Source of the DNA: an uncultured Christensenella sp.
GTDB lineage: Bacteria; Bacillota; Clostridia; Christensenellales; DTU072
DNA length: 64,000 nucleotides
Reading direction: 5' to 3'
NCBI GenBank assembly: GCA_949285605.1
Contig: CASDZI010000001.1
Coordinates: 12,202-76,201 of the forward strand
The position numbers and the translations under genes are program-made. This document shows, piece after piece, positions 27,850 through 36,954 of this stretch. Below the pieces are notes generated by a model, which was not told the DNA's origin, did no database searches, and saw nothing but the letters and a program-made list of their open reading frames with translations. How positions within the stretch are numbered: the stretch's first letter is position 1; every line of letters starts with the position of its first letter.

Positions 27850-27966
27850 CGGAAGAAATTTTCGGAGGAAAAACAGGGGGCGGTTTTTCGGAATAATTCT
27901 AATTTATTGCAATATAAGTAGAAATATGTTAAAATGTATTTTAATATAAATAACGGAGGCAAACCA

Positions 27967-29163
27967 ATGAACGTATTTTATAAAGCATTTTGCAGAACGT
28001 ACCAGTTCGTAATGAAAATAGCCGCCAACTTCCTTCCCTTCCGTCAGCCGGAAATACTGGAAGGACTGGAAAAGGTGCCCGAACAGATAGAAAAACTCGG
28101 AATCGACTCGGTGCTCATCGTGACCGATGACGTATTACATAACAAACTTCATCTTATAGACGGATTGAAAGAAGGGCTGGAAGCCAAAGGGATTAAATAT
28201 GCCGTTTACGACAAGACCGTCCCCAATCCCACCATCGACAACATCGAAGAAGGCGTGGCGCTTTACAAAGAAAACGCTTGCAACGCCCTCATCGCTTTCG
28301 GGGGAGGTTCTCCCATGGACTGCGCAAAGGGCATAGGCTGCCGCATCGCCCGTCCCAACAAGGAAATACCCAAAATGAAGGGGGTACTGAAGGTTATGAA
28401 GAAGCTCCCCGTTATCTTTGCGGTACCCACCACCAGCGGAACGGGAAGCGAAGCGACTTTGGCGGCGGTCATTTCCAACAGCGTAACTCACGAGAAATAT
28501 GCCATCAACGATCCCGTGCTTATCCCGAAATACGCCGTACTCGACCCGAGCCTTACGCTTAAACTGCCCAAGCACATAACTTCCACCACCGGTATGGACG
28601 CACTCACCCACGCAGTTGAAGCTTACATCGGGAGCAGCAACACCGAACTCACCAAAGCCATGGCCATCAAGGCGACCAAACTTATATTCGAGAACCTCAA
28701 GAACGCCTACGACAACGGCGAAGACATCAAAGCCCGTCGCAATATGCAGCTTGCGTCTTACTATGCCGGGGTGGCGTTCACCAGGGCATACGTCGGAAAC
28801 GTGCACGCCATAGCTCATACGTTGGGCGGATTCTACGGAGTGCCTCACGGGCTTGCCAACGCCGTGATACTGCCGCACATACTGGACTTCTACGGAGAAA
28901 AGGCTTACGTTAAGCTTTCCGAACTCGCCAACGCGGTAGGCATAAAAGGCACTACCGAAGCCAAAGCCAAGCAGTTCATTCAGGCGGTAAAAGATATGAA
29001 CGCATATATGAACATTCCCACCGCCATCGACGGAATAAAGGAAGAGGATATCCCCACTATGGTGGAGAGAGCCTACAAGGAAGCCAATCCGCTCTATCCC
29101 GTGCCCAAAATCATGAGCAAGGAAGACTTCACGGCAATGTATCACGAGATCGCCGCAAAATAA
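27967..29163 (+). CDS. iron-containing alcohol dehydrogenase
   Basis: ATG at 27967 after GGAGG. GGGSPMDCAKG, PTTSGTGSE, GMDALTHAVEAY and HAIAHTLGGFYGVPHG motifs. Confidence 0.85.
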   Translation: MNVFYKAFCRTYQFVMKIAANFLPFRQPEILEGLEKVPEQIEKLGIDSVLIVTDDVLHNKLHLIDGLKEGLEAKGIKYAVYDKTVPNPTIDNIEEGVALYKENACNALIAFGGGSPMDCAKGIGCRIARPNKEIPKMKGVLKVMKKLPVIFAVPTTSGTGSEATLAAVISNSVTHEKYAINDPVLIPKYAVLDPSLTLKLPKHITSTTGMDALTHAVEAYIGSSNTELTKAMAIKATKLIFENLKNAYDNGEDIKARRNMQLASYYAGVAFTRAYVGNVHAIAHTLGGFYGVPHGLANAVILPHILDFYGEKAYVKLSELANAVGIKGTTEAKAKQFIQAVKDMNAYMNIPTAIDGIKEEDIPTMVERAYKEANPLYPVPKIMSKEDFTAMYHEIAAK

Positions 29164-29177
29164 GCGAAAAACGCAGG

Positions 29178-29207
29178 AAAGTCCGCACTTCGGTGCGGAC
29201 TTTTTTA
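29178..29207 (+). terminator. rho-independent terminator
   Basis: GTCCGCAC-TTCG-GTGCGGAC followed by TTTTTT. Confidence 0.9.
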
Positions 29208-29331
29208 ACGGCAACGAAAATATTTTTTTCACGTGAAACAATTACGTTGCCGAAGAAAAAAGTTTAACGTGAAACAAAATTTCTTTTTCCCGCAGGAAAG
29301 AAAGGGTGAAAAGGAGGAAATAATAACCGAT

Positions 29332-30318
29332 ATGAGAAAAAAAGGCGCAAAAGTCGGTTTTGTTATATTGCTGGCGGCGGTTCTGGTCGTAGTGGGCGGA
29401 ACGGGATACGTTTCGGTCTCGGCGGCGATGGACGGGACCAGCGCACTCGCCAAAATCTATGCCGATATTCTCGACGTCTTTATGGCGGGGGATAAGCCCG
29501 TTTCCGCCGAGGAGACTTTAGCCAAGGTGGAAAAACGCCGAAAGGTCAACGCTTCCTTCGAGGTGTCGGGATTTTATAAATTTCTTTATTCCTTCGAGAC
29601 CGAAGAGTACGACGGCTTCGAGGTGTGCTATTTCGGGGAGGAAAACGCCGACAGGGTATTCGTATATTTCCACGGCGGGTCTTATATGTGGCAGCCGCTC
29701 ATAGTCCATTACGCTTATTGCGAGTATCTTGCCGAATCGTTGTCGGCAAGGGTGGTCATGCCCGTCTATCCCAAAGCCCCCGAGTACGACTACGTTTACG
29801 TCACCGAATGGCTGTACTCGTTCTATAAATCGGAATTCAAGGACACGCCCGACGCTTTCTTCGGGGATTCGGCAGGGGGCGGATTATTGCTTTCCTTTGC
29901 GATGTACCTCAGGGACAAAGGAGAGGACACCCCCGACAATCTGATAGCCTTCTCTCCCTGCCTGGACCTGTCCTTGCAAAATCCCGGAATAGCCGATTAT
30001 ACCGCCGCCGATCCGATGCTCAACGTCGAGGATCTGAGACTTAAATTGACTTATTACGTCGGAAGCGGCAGCGTCGACGACCCCTACGCCAGCCCCTTGT
30101 TCGGTAACTTCGAGGAGCTCGGCAGGATCACCGTTTTTATCGGCACGAGGGAGATCCTTTATCCCGATACCGTTCTTTTGCACGAAAAACTTCTCGCCGA
30201 GGGTATAGAACACGACTATTTCGTTTGGCAAAATCAGATCCATACCTTTTCCGTATTTCCCATGCCGGAACGGGCTATGTGCCTGCAACAAGTGAAAGAA
30301 ATTCTTGAAGCGAAATAA
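29332..30318 (+). CDS. alpha/beta hydrolase (HSL-type esterase/lipase), membrane-anchored or secreted
   Basis: I chose the internal ATG at 29332 (MRKKGAKVGFVILLAAVLVVVGG signal/anchor). HGGSYMW oxyanion motif and GDSAGG nucleophile elbow. Confidence 0.8.
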   Translation: MRKKGAKVGFVILLAAVLVVVGGTGYVSVSAAMDGTSALAKIYADILDVFMAGDKPVSAEETLAKVEKRRKVNASFEVSGFYKFLYSFETEEYDGFEVCYFGEENADRVFVYFHGGSYMWQPLIVHYAYCEYLAESLSARVVMPVYPKAPEYDYVYVTEWLYSFYKSEFKDTPDAFFGDSAGGGLLLSFAMYLRDKGEDTPDNLIAFSPCLDLSLQNPGIADYTAADPMLNVEDLRLKLTYYVGSGSVDDPYASPLFGNFEELGRITVFIGTREILYPDTVLLHEKLLAEGIEHDYFVWQNQIHTFSVFPMPERAMCLQQVKEILEAK

Positions 30319-30378
30319 TATTGTCGATTTTTCGAGATTTTCGGAAGAAAACAATCAAAAAACGACGCTTTAATCCGT

Positions 30379-31137
30379 TCAATGGATAGGGGCGTCGTTT
30401 GTTTTTATTTTTCCGGAAGGGAGTCTGACGCAGGGATAACAGGAGAGGTCGTTATCGGTACGCAGGACGCTTTTAAGGTAGAAGCTGTAAGCGGAATCGG
30501 CTCCGACTATAATGTGGTCGAGGAGTTTTATGCCGATGGCGGAGAGGACCGTTTCGAGCTTGTTGGTGCTTTTGATGTCGTTTTCGCTGGGAGAGGGGAC
30601 GGCGGAGGGGTGGTTGTGAGTGAGTATTACGCTTGCGGCGTTATGTTTGAGGGCTTTTTCCACGATGGTCTTTGGGTCGGGAAAGACTATCCCGAAATTG
30701 CCTTCGGCTATCAGATCGGCGTGGATAAGTTTATGCGAAGCGTCCAGACTGATCAGAAAGAAACATTCGTTCTGTTTCTCCGAAAAGAGGGTTTCCAGGT
30801 ACGAGAGGATCTTGTCCGGCGTAAGGACGGTTTTGGGCGAGTTTTTTGAACGGAGGTAAAAAGAGAAAATTTCCGGCAGGGAATGTAAAAGCAGGGCGGC
30901 GTTTTTCGTCATACCCTTGATTTTCGTTAAGTCGTCCACCGACGCCAGCAACACGTTTTCGAAATCGCCGAACGTGGCGAGAAGTTCTCTTGCTATTTCC
31001 TTGGTGTCTTTATACGGGATCCCGTAAAATAATAAAAATTCCAGTATCTGGTGGGGAAGAAGGGTCTTGAGCCCGTTTTCTTCCACCACCGATCTTACTC
31101 TGTTCCGATGACCGTTCCGAGACAGTTTCTCGTCCAT
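30379..31137 (-). CDS. radC: RadC-family (JAB/MPN) protein
   Basis: 252 aa. N-terminal HhH region (LLATFGDFENVLLASVDDLTKIKGM) and JAMM motif HNHPSAVPSPSENDIKST. Starts 13 nt after the upstream gene. Confidence 0.85.
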   Translation of the reverse strand: MDEKLSRNGHRNRVRSVVEENGLKTLLPHQILEFLLFYGIPYKDTKEIARELLATFGDFENVLLASVDDLTKIKGMTKNAALLLHSLPEIFSFYLRSKNSPKTVLTPDKILSYLETLFSEKQNECFFLISLDASHKLIHADLIAEGNFGIVFPDPKTIVEKALKHNAASVILTHNHPSAVPSPSENDIKSTNKLETVLSAIGIKLLDHIIVGADSAYSFYLKSVLRTDNDLSCYPCVRLPSGKIKTNDAPIH

Positions 31138-31149
31138 TATCGGTCTTTA

Positions 31150-34100
31150 TCAAAGAATGATCACGCCGTATTCCGAAGCGGCGGAGCAAACGCTGTCTAC
31201 GGGGCGGTCGAGATTGGCGAAGCGGACGGTATCCTTGCCCACAGCCAGACTCAAAATCTTGTTCAAGGCGCAGTTTATTGCGGTCTTTATCACGTCTTCC
31301 GACAATTCGGCTTCGGTGTTCTTGCGGTCGGAGGAAAGGAATTTCAATCCGTTTCCGTCGGCTGCGACCTCGGCTTTTTCTCCTGCTGCCGACAGGAATC
31401 CGTTTATGGTCGGAACGACTACCGCCAGGCAGTCTCCGTCGGCGAGGGCGTCGGTCATCTGCGCTTTCAAAGAGAGTTGTTCGCAGAGGGCGACTTTCTT
31501 TTCCGCAAGAGCCGTTGCGGCGGAGGAGACGGCTTTCTTTTCCGCAAGGGCGGTTATTTCTTCGTTTAACGCCGCTAAAGAAGCTTTTGTTTCTTCATAT
31601 TCTTCTTCGTCGAAAGTCTCGTTTCCTATTTGTCCGGCGAGATATTCGGCGGTATAATGCAGGGAAAGAAGTTCGTTTTCGGCTTGCGCCTGTTCGGCGG
31701 ACAAGCGGTTGAGTTCCTCTTCGTCGTAGGCTTCTTTCAATTCCGCAACGGTTTTTTCGTCGGGTTCGGGGAGAGGTTCTTCTCTGCCGGCAGATAAAAG
31801 TTCGGAAATGCGGTTTTCCAAGGCGTTGATTTTTTCGTAAATTTCGTCGGCGACTTTTACGGACGCTTCGAAATCGGCTTGTTTTTTGGCGAGTTCGTCG
31901 GAAACGAGCGAAATTTCCTCCAAGGCTTTCCGACGGAGTTCTTCGTTGCGGCGGATCTCCGCAAAGGCGGCGGCAACGGATCTGCCTTTGGCGGCGGCTG
32001 CCTCGTTGCCCACGGCGGCGCCGTGTTCGAGAAGATAGGACAGGTAAACGTTTCTCTTCTCATCGGCTTCTTTAAGTTGAGCGAAGAGCTCGTCCTCCGT
32101 CTTTTCGTCGGAAACGATCTCCTCCAAAAAGTCGTATGCGCTGCGACCGTCGAGGGAAGGAGCGATGTCCTCGTCGTAGGAAAGTCCCATTTCGTTGATT
32201 TCCCTTGCGAGGTTTTCCGCTTCGTCCACGAAAGGCGCTATGCCCTCTGCGACGGCGTCTATCCTGTTTTTGAGGAAGGTAACGTGCTGATGCAGAAAGA
32301 CTTTATCGGTGGCACTTGCGCCGTTTGCTCTCGCAAACTCGGCGTCGCTTTCGGCAAACGCCTTTTCCAGAGCCTGTACGGTGGGGCAATCGGCGTCCTT
32401 AAGCAACCCGTTCAAAGCGGTGGTTTTTGCGTCCCGGCTGGCTTCCAGGCTTTCGATATACACTTCGCAAAGGCGATCTCTTTCCCGTAATTGACCGAGT
32501 CTTTCGTCTATCCTTTCCAGTTTAACGTGATATTCGGCAAGCACCGAAAGATTGGATTTCAGTTCCTCGTTATATTTTGCGTAGGAGGAGGAAAGACGGG
32601 CGTTTTCCATCCCGAGTTCGGTTTTGTCGGAAATACGGTTGTGGCAGACCGGGCAGACTGCGCCGTATTCCATATCGTCCACTTCCTTACAGAAAGCCAT
32701 ACGGGCTTTTATCCCCACCAGTCTGTCGGTGACCTTGTTCTTACGGGTTTCGCAGGAGGCGACGTATTCGTTGAGCGCTTCCTTGGCTTTGGTGAGCGCT
32801 TCTATGTCTTCGGCATAACCTTTTCTTGCGTCTTTATTATAACGTATTTTCTGTTGAGCCGCACTGATGTCCACCGAGAGGGTGTTGCAGAGTATTTTGC
32901 TCTTGAACAGTTTCATTCTTCTTGCGTCGGTGTCGGACAGGGCGTCGTCGCCTTCGGAAGCGATTATTTCTTCGGTGGCGGCTATTTCTCTCTGAAGGGC
33001 TGCTATTTCGGCTCTTTGAGAGGAAATGAAACCTTCCAAAGTGGTCAGTCTTTCCCGTTTGTCGTCGAGCATCGTTTCGAACGCCACGCCTTCTCTTACC
33101 GAACGGCGTTTTAAGTAATCGTATTTGACCGAAGCGAGCTTGTCGTAAACGGAAAGATATTTTTCGTTCCATTCGGTAAAGGAAGCGTAGACGCTCTTGG
33201 CGTCCTCGTCTATCTCATCTTTTTCTTCGGCAATATCATCGGCGTTTGCTTCCGATTGTACTTCTGCTTCTTCTGCTTCTTCGGTTTGAACTTCTGCTTC
33301 TTCTGCTTCTTCGGTTTGAACTTTTTCGTTTGCCGCATAACCGGTTTCCAGTTCTTCGAGTAAAGCGTCAACTTCTGCGGTCAAGGAAACGACTTTATCG
33401 TTATAGAAAGAGTAATTATCTTTCTTTTCTTCCAAGAATGCGGATGAAGAAGCCAGATCTTTTTCCAGAAATTCCAGTTCCGAAGTTTTTTCGTCCAGTT
33501 CGCCTCTCAGCTTTTCGGCTTCTTCTCTCAGCTTTTCGGCTTCGCCGTAAACTTGCAGATCGGCTCCGATGCTTCTGTATTCGGCAAGGCGAGCTTCTCT
33601 CGCCGCAAAAACGTCGCTTTTGGCGGCGGATTCTATTTTTTTTGCGATGTCGGCTTCCGCTTCTTTGAGAATTTCGTTGCGGAGGCAGGCGTTTTTGGCT
33701 TCTTCCAATTCCTCCATGCGGGCGGCGAGTTTTTCTTTTTCGGCGAGTTTGTCCTCCAGAGAGGAGTCGAGGACGTTGCCGTAAACCAGTTCGTCCAACG
33801 CTTCCACCTGCGCCACGGTCACGGTATAATCGTTGCGGTAAGCGGAACCGACTTTATCGAGTTCCTCCCGATCGTAACCCATGGCGGAAAGAAACCCTTT
33901 AACGTAATCGTCGGTATCGGAAAGAAAAGCGGCTTCGTCGCAGGGGGCGGCGTTGGCTTCCCATCTCGAACGGGAAATTGCCGCAAGCTCGTCGAGTACG
34001 GCGTCGGCTTCCGCTCCGTCGAGTTTATTTTCCCCCGAATAAACTTCCGTTCCGCTTGCGAAGTCCCTGACGACGGTATATTTTTTGTCATAGAGCAGGG

Positions 34101-34263
34101 CGTTGAGAACGATTTCTCCGGAAAATACCGTTTCGTTGCCGAAAAGCAGAGACTTCAATCCGTTGACGGCGACGTCGGGGTTCTTGACGTTTGCTGCAGC
34201 GGTAAAATCGTAGTAAGCGTTTACACCTTCAAAGTTTTTGATTTCCAAGGTAAGAAGCTTCAT
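31150..34263 (-). CDS. Rad50/SbcC-like coiled-coil protein with zinc-hook-like CxxC and degenerate ATPase motifs
   Basis: 1037 aa. SbcC-like N-terminus MKLLTLEIKNFEG, but no GxxGxGK[ST] motif anywhere. Long E/K/A/L-rich helical arms. Central CPVCHN. The C-terminus has LSEDV where LSGGE is expected and VRFANLD where Walker B is expected. GGAGGG RBS. Confidence 0.7.
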   Translation of the reverse strand: MKLLTLEIKNFEGVNAYYDFTAAANVKNPDVAVNGLKSLLFGNETVFSGEIVLNALLYDKKYTVVRDFASGTEVYSGENKLDGAEADAVLDELAAISRSRWEANAAPCDEAAFLSDTDDYVKGFLSAMGYDREELDKVGSAYRNDYTVTVAQVEALDELVYGNVLDSSLEDKLAEKEKLAARMEELEEAKNACLRNEILKEAEADIAKKIESAAKSDVFAAREARLAEYRSIGADLQVYGEAEKLREEAEKLRGELDEKTSELEFLEKDLASSSAFLEEKKDNYSFYNDKVVSLTAEVDALLEELETGYAANEKVQTEEAEEAEVQTEEAEEAEVQSEANADDIAEEKDEIDEDAKSVYASFTEWNEKYLSVYDKLASVKYDYLKRRSVREGVAFETMLDDKRERLTTLEGFISSQRAEIAALQREIAATEEIIASEGDDALSDTDARRMKLFKSKILCNTLSVDISAAQQKIRYNKDARKGYAEDIEALTKAKEALNEYVASCETRKNKVTDRLVGIKARMAFCKEVDDMEYGAVCPVCHNRISDKTELGMENARLSSSYAKYNEELKSNLSVLAEYHVKLERIDERLGQLRERDRLCEVYIESLEASRDAKTTALNGLLKDADCPTVQALEKAFAESDAEFARANGASATDKVFLHQHVTFLKNRIDAVAEGIAPFVDEAENLAREINEMGLSYDEDIAPSLDGRSAYDFLEEIVSDEKTEDELFAQLKEADEKRNVYLSYLLEHGAAVGNEAAAAKGRSVAAAFAEIRRNEELRRKALEEISLVSDELAKKQADFEASVKVADEIYEKINALENRISELLSAGREEPLPEPDEKTVAELKEAYDEEELNRLSAEQAQAENELLSLHYTAEYLAGQIGNETFDEEEYEETKASLAALNEEITALAEKKAVSSAATALAEKKVALCEQLSLKAQMTDALADGDCLAVVVPTINGFLSAAGEKAEVAADGNGLKFLSSDRKNTEAELSEDVIKTAINCALNKILSLAVGKDTVRFANLDRPVDSVCSAASEYGVIIL
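33261..33320 (-). repeat. perfect 30-bp tandem duplication inside the coiled-coil gene
   Basis: CTTCTGCTTCTTCTGCTTCTTCGGTTTGAA occurs twice (33261-33290 and 33291-33320). It encodes VQTEEAEEAE twice. Confidence 0.9.
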
Positions 34264-34517
34264 TGTTCCCTCCGTTTATTTGTATTCCCCGTCGGGATGG
34301 GCACAACATATTGTGGAAGAATATTTTCTCCGGGAAAGTGCTGGCGCTTCCGACGTGTTTTGTGGTATAATATGCTGCGTTGTTCGGACGGGAAGAAACG
34401 TGCGATAAGGTTTCGGAACGCCCGCTTAACGTTAATATAAATAATTATACAATAAAACCATATTGTTTTGCAAGATTAAATGCAACATTCGATATCGAGA
34501 GGAGACGGCGAGGGATT

Positions 34518-35966
34518 ATGAGTTTTGTCAGGCTGGGGAGCGAATACATAAAAGCGGGATACACGCAGATAGACAACGTGTTTCTGACGTCGTATCTTCC
34601 TGCGGCCGACGGGCTGGACGTAAAGATATATTTGACGGGGCTTGCCATGGCGGGAGGGGAGGAAAACGCCAATTCGCTGGAGAAGATGGCGCTTGTTTTG
34701 CACACCGACGAAAAGCGGATAATGGAAGGGTTCCGTTACTGGGAAGAGAAGGGGTTGGTGACGGTGACCGCTACGGAGCCGTTTGCGGTACAATATCTTT
34801 CGGTAAAGACGCCTTTGAAACCCATAGTGAAGATAAACGCCGAAAAGTACAAGACTTTTTGCGACGAAGCGGCGAGACTGTTCCCGGAAAAAATCCTCAC
34901 GCCCAACGAATACAACGCATATTTCGAGCTGATGCAGAACTATAAATACGAGACCAACGCCGTATTGTTGATAATGCAATACTGTAAAGATCTCGGGGAG
35001 GGGAAACTTTCCACGCCGTACGTTCTGGCGGTGGCGGAGGACTGGGCTAAACTCGGGCTTACCACCGAAAAAAAAGTTACCGAGCACATAACCGAACTGG
35101 AAAACAATTCCGAGGACATCAGGCAGATTTTCCGTGCGATGGGGATAAAACGGGCTCCTGCCCTCGAGGACAGGCAATTATATCTGAAATGGACGAAGAA
35201 ACAGAATTTTGCCTTGGACGCAGTGCTTACGGCGGCGAAGGGGTTGAAAAAACGAGGCGGCACCGAGAGGCTGGACGAAACGCTTACCGAACTGGCGAAC
35301 GCAGGGGCTTACAAGGCTGCGGAAATAGCCGAGTATATGTCGGACAAGGAAAACAGGAAAAATCTCGCCGTGGAGCTGTCGAAGATACTGGGGACGTATT
35401 ACGGAAGCACCGACGGACTGGTGGAAGTTTACGTTCAGCCGTGGCTGAATCTGGGGTTCGAGGCGGAGGCTTTGAAGAAACTCGCCAAATTCTGTTTTCT
35501 CAGGAACATAAGGAGTTTCGACGGACTGAGACAGACCGTGGAGAGGTTCTATAAAAAAGGCATAATCAGCGACGCAGGCATAGACGACTACGTCAACAAG
35601 CAATTAAAAATAGACGAATATCTGCGTGAAATTTTCGAACAGGCGGGATATTTCGGCACGATAACCAACCGTGACAGGGAGAATTACCGTATTTGGACGG
35701 AATGGGGATTCGGGCAGGAAGCGTTGCTGGCGGTGGCGGAAAGCTGTTCGGGGCAGGCGTTCCCGATGCAATCGGTCAACCGCATCCTTGCCGTTCTGAG
35801 GAGCGAAGGGATATTTAACGAGGAAAAAATAAGAGAAAAACTTTCGGAGAAAGCTCTCTCCGAAAAGAAAGAGAAAGGCAAAGAGGAAAAGGAATATCTG
35901 CGGCACGCTTACAGCGAGGAACAGCTTAAGAGCGTCCTGGTGAATTTCGACGACTGGGTGGATTGA
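34518..35966 (+). CDS. DnaD-domain replication initiation/restart protein (B. subtilis DnaB/DnaD family)
   Basis: I chose the ATG at 34518 (MSFVRLGSEYIKAGYTQIDNVFL...). Repeated DnaD-like modules (YNAYFELMQNY..., IAEYMSDKENRKN...). Directly precedes dnaI, as in Bacillus dnaB-dnaI. Confidence 0.7.
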   Translation: MSFVRLGSEYIKAGYTQIDNVFLTSYLPAADGLDVKIYLTGLAMAGGEENANSLEKMALVLHTDEKRIMEGFRYWEEKGLVTVTATEPFAVQYLSVKTPLKPIVKINAEKYKTFCDEAARLFPEKILTPNEYNAYFELMQNYKYETNAVLLIMQYCKDLGEGKLSTPYVLAVAEDWAKLGLTTEKKVTEHITELENNSEDIRQIFRAMGIKRAPALEDRQLYLKWTKKQNFALDAVLTAAKGLKKRGGTERLDETLTELANAGAYKAAEIAEYMSDKENRKNLAVELSKILGTYYGSTDGLVEVYVQPWLNLGFEAEALKKLAKFCFLRNIRSFDGLRQTVERFYKKGIISDAGIDDYVNKQLKIDEYLREIFEQAGYFGTITNRDRENYRIWTEWGFGQEALLAVAESCSGQAFPMQSVNRILAVLRSEGIFNEEKIREKLSEKALSEKKEKGKEEKEYLRHAYSEEQLKSVLVNFDDWVD

Positions 35967-36886
35967 TGAAGGAACTGACGGAAGCAAAAGCCGCTGTAGC
36001 TGAGAGGAAAGCTCTTGCGGAAAAAATCTACGAGGAAAAATTGAACGCCCTTAAGGAGGACCCCGTTTTCGAAGAGGCGTACCGTACCCTTGCCCGTTTG
36101 AAGTTCGAAATTGCCAGACGGGAAGTTTACGGACTGGACAAGAGCGAACAGGAAAAGGAGCTGTCGGAGAAGGAAAGGTTCGTAAAACGGTTTTTCTCCG
36201 AAAACGGAATGGGAAACGGAGAGGGTCCGGATTATTTTTGCAAAAAATGCAACGATACCGGCTACGTCGACGGAAAAAGATGCGAGTGCCTGGAAAAACT
36301 GCGGGTGGAGATCGCCTTGCGGAATATGCCCTCGTTAAAGGAAGTTCCGGCGTCCCTCGCTTCGATAAATTTTAAGTTTTACGGAGAAAGAGGGGGTATT
36401 TACAGAAAATACGCCGCTTTTTTGCAAAAGAAATTTATGGAAGGGGATATCAGGTTCTGTACGGTCCTGGGGGCGAGCGGCACGGGAAAGACTTATCTCG
36501 CCACCACGGCGGCGAGGGAGGCGCTGGAAAAGGGTCGGTCGGTCTCGGTCATAAAAAGCGTGAAACTGAATAAGGTATTTCTGAATTACCATTGCGCTCC
36601 GCTGGAGCGGAAGGAGGGTATCTGGGCGGAAGTAGCCGACCCCGATTTTCTGCTGGTGGACGACCTCGGAGTGGAAGCCCTTCTGAACAACGTCACCGTT
36701 CAGTACCTCTACGAGCTGATAACCGAAAGAGCGGATAAAAAAACACTTTTTACCACTAACCTCGATCTGAAGAACTTAGAAGACAAATACGGGCAGAGGA
36801 TCTTCAGCCGTCTTGCCGACAAACGCCTCGGAGCGATGATCCTGCTGGAAGGGAAAGATTACCGCATAAACGGCGAAACGGATTGA
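35966..36886 (+). CDS. dnaI: primosomal helicase loader DnaI/DnaC-like AAA+ ATPase
   Basis: N-terminal zinc motif CKKCNDTGYVDGKRCEC; Walker A GASGTGKTYL; Walker B LLVDDLG. TGATG overlap with the upstream stop. Confidence 0.8.
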   Translation: MKELTEAKAAVAERKALAEKIYEEKLNALKEDPVFEEAYRTLARLKFEIARREVYGLDKSEQEKELSEKERFVKRFFSENGMGNGEGPDYFCKKCNDTGYVDGKRCECLEKLRVEIALRNMPSLKEVPASLASINFKFYGERGGIYRKYAAFLQKKFMEGDIRFCTVLGASGTGKTYLATTAAREALEKGRSVSVIKSVKLNKVFLNYHCAPLERKEGIWAEVADPDFLLVDDLGVEALLNNVTVQYLYELITERADKKTLFTTNLDLKNLEDKYGQRIFSRLADKRLGAMILLEGKDYRINGETD

Positions 36887-36892
36887 AAGGTA

Positions 36893-36920
36893 TTGACTTA
36901 AAAGGAAAATTTGATATAAT
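36893..36920 (+). promoter_or_regulatory. sigma-A promoter with extended -10 (TTGACT-16-TGaTATAAT)
   Basis: TTGACT at 36893-36898 and TATAAT at 36915-36920, preceded by TGA. Confidence 0.7.
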
Positions 36921-36954
36921 TTTAATATAATTCGTTATAAAAAGAGGAAGAAAA

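Noticed and set aside
33241-33330. A tandem repeat that might be a mini-CRISPR or minisatellite
   Set aside because: There are only two units with no spacers. It lies in frame inside a coding region and encodes a duplicated acidic decapeptide. There are no cas genes.
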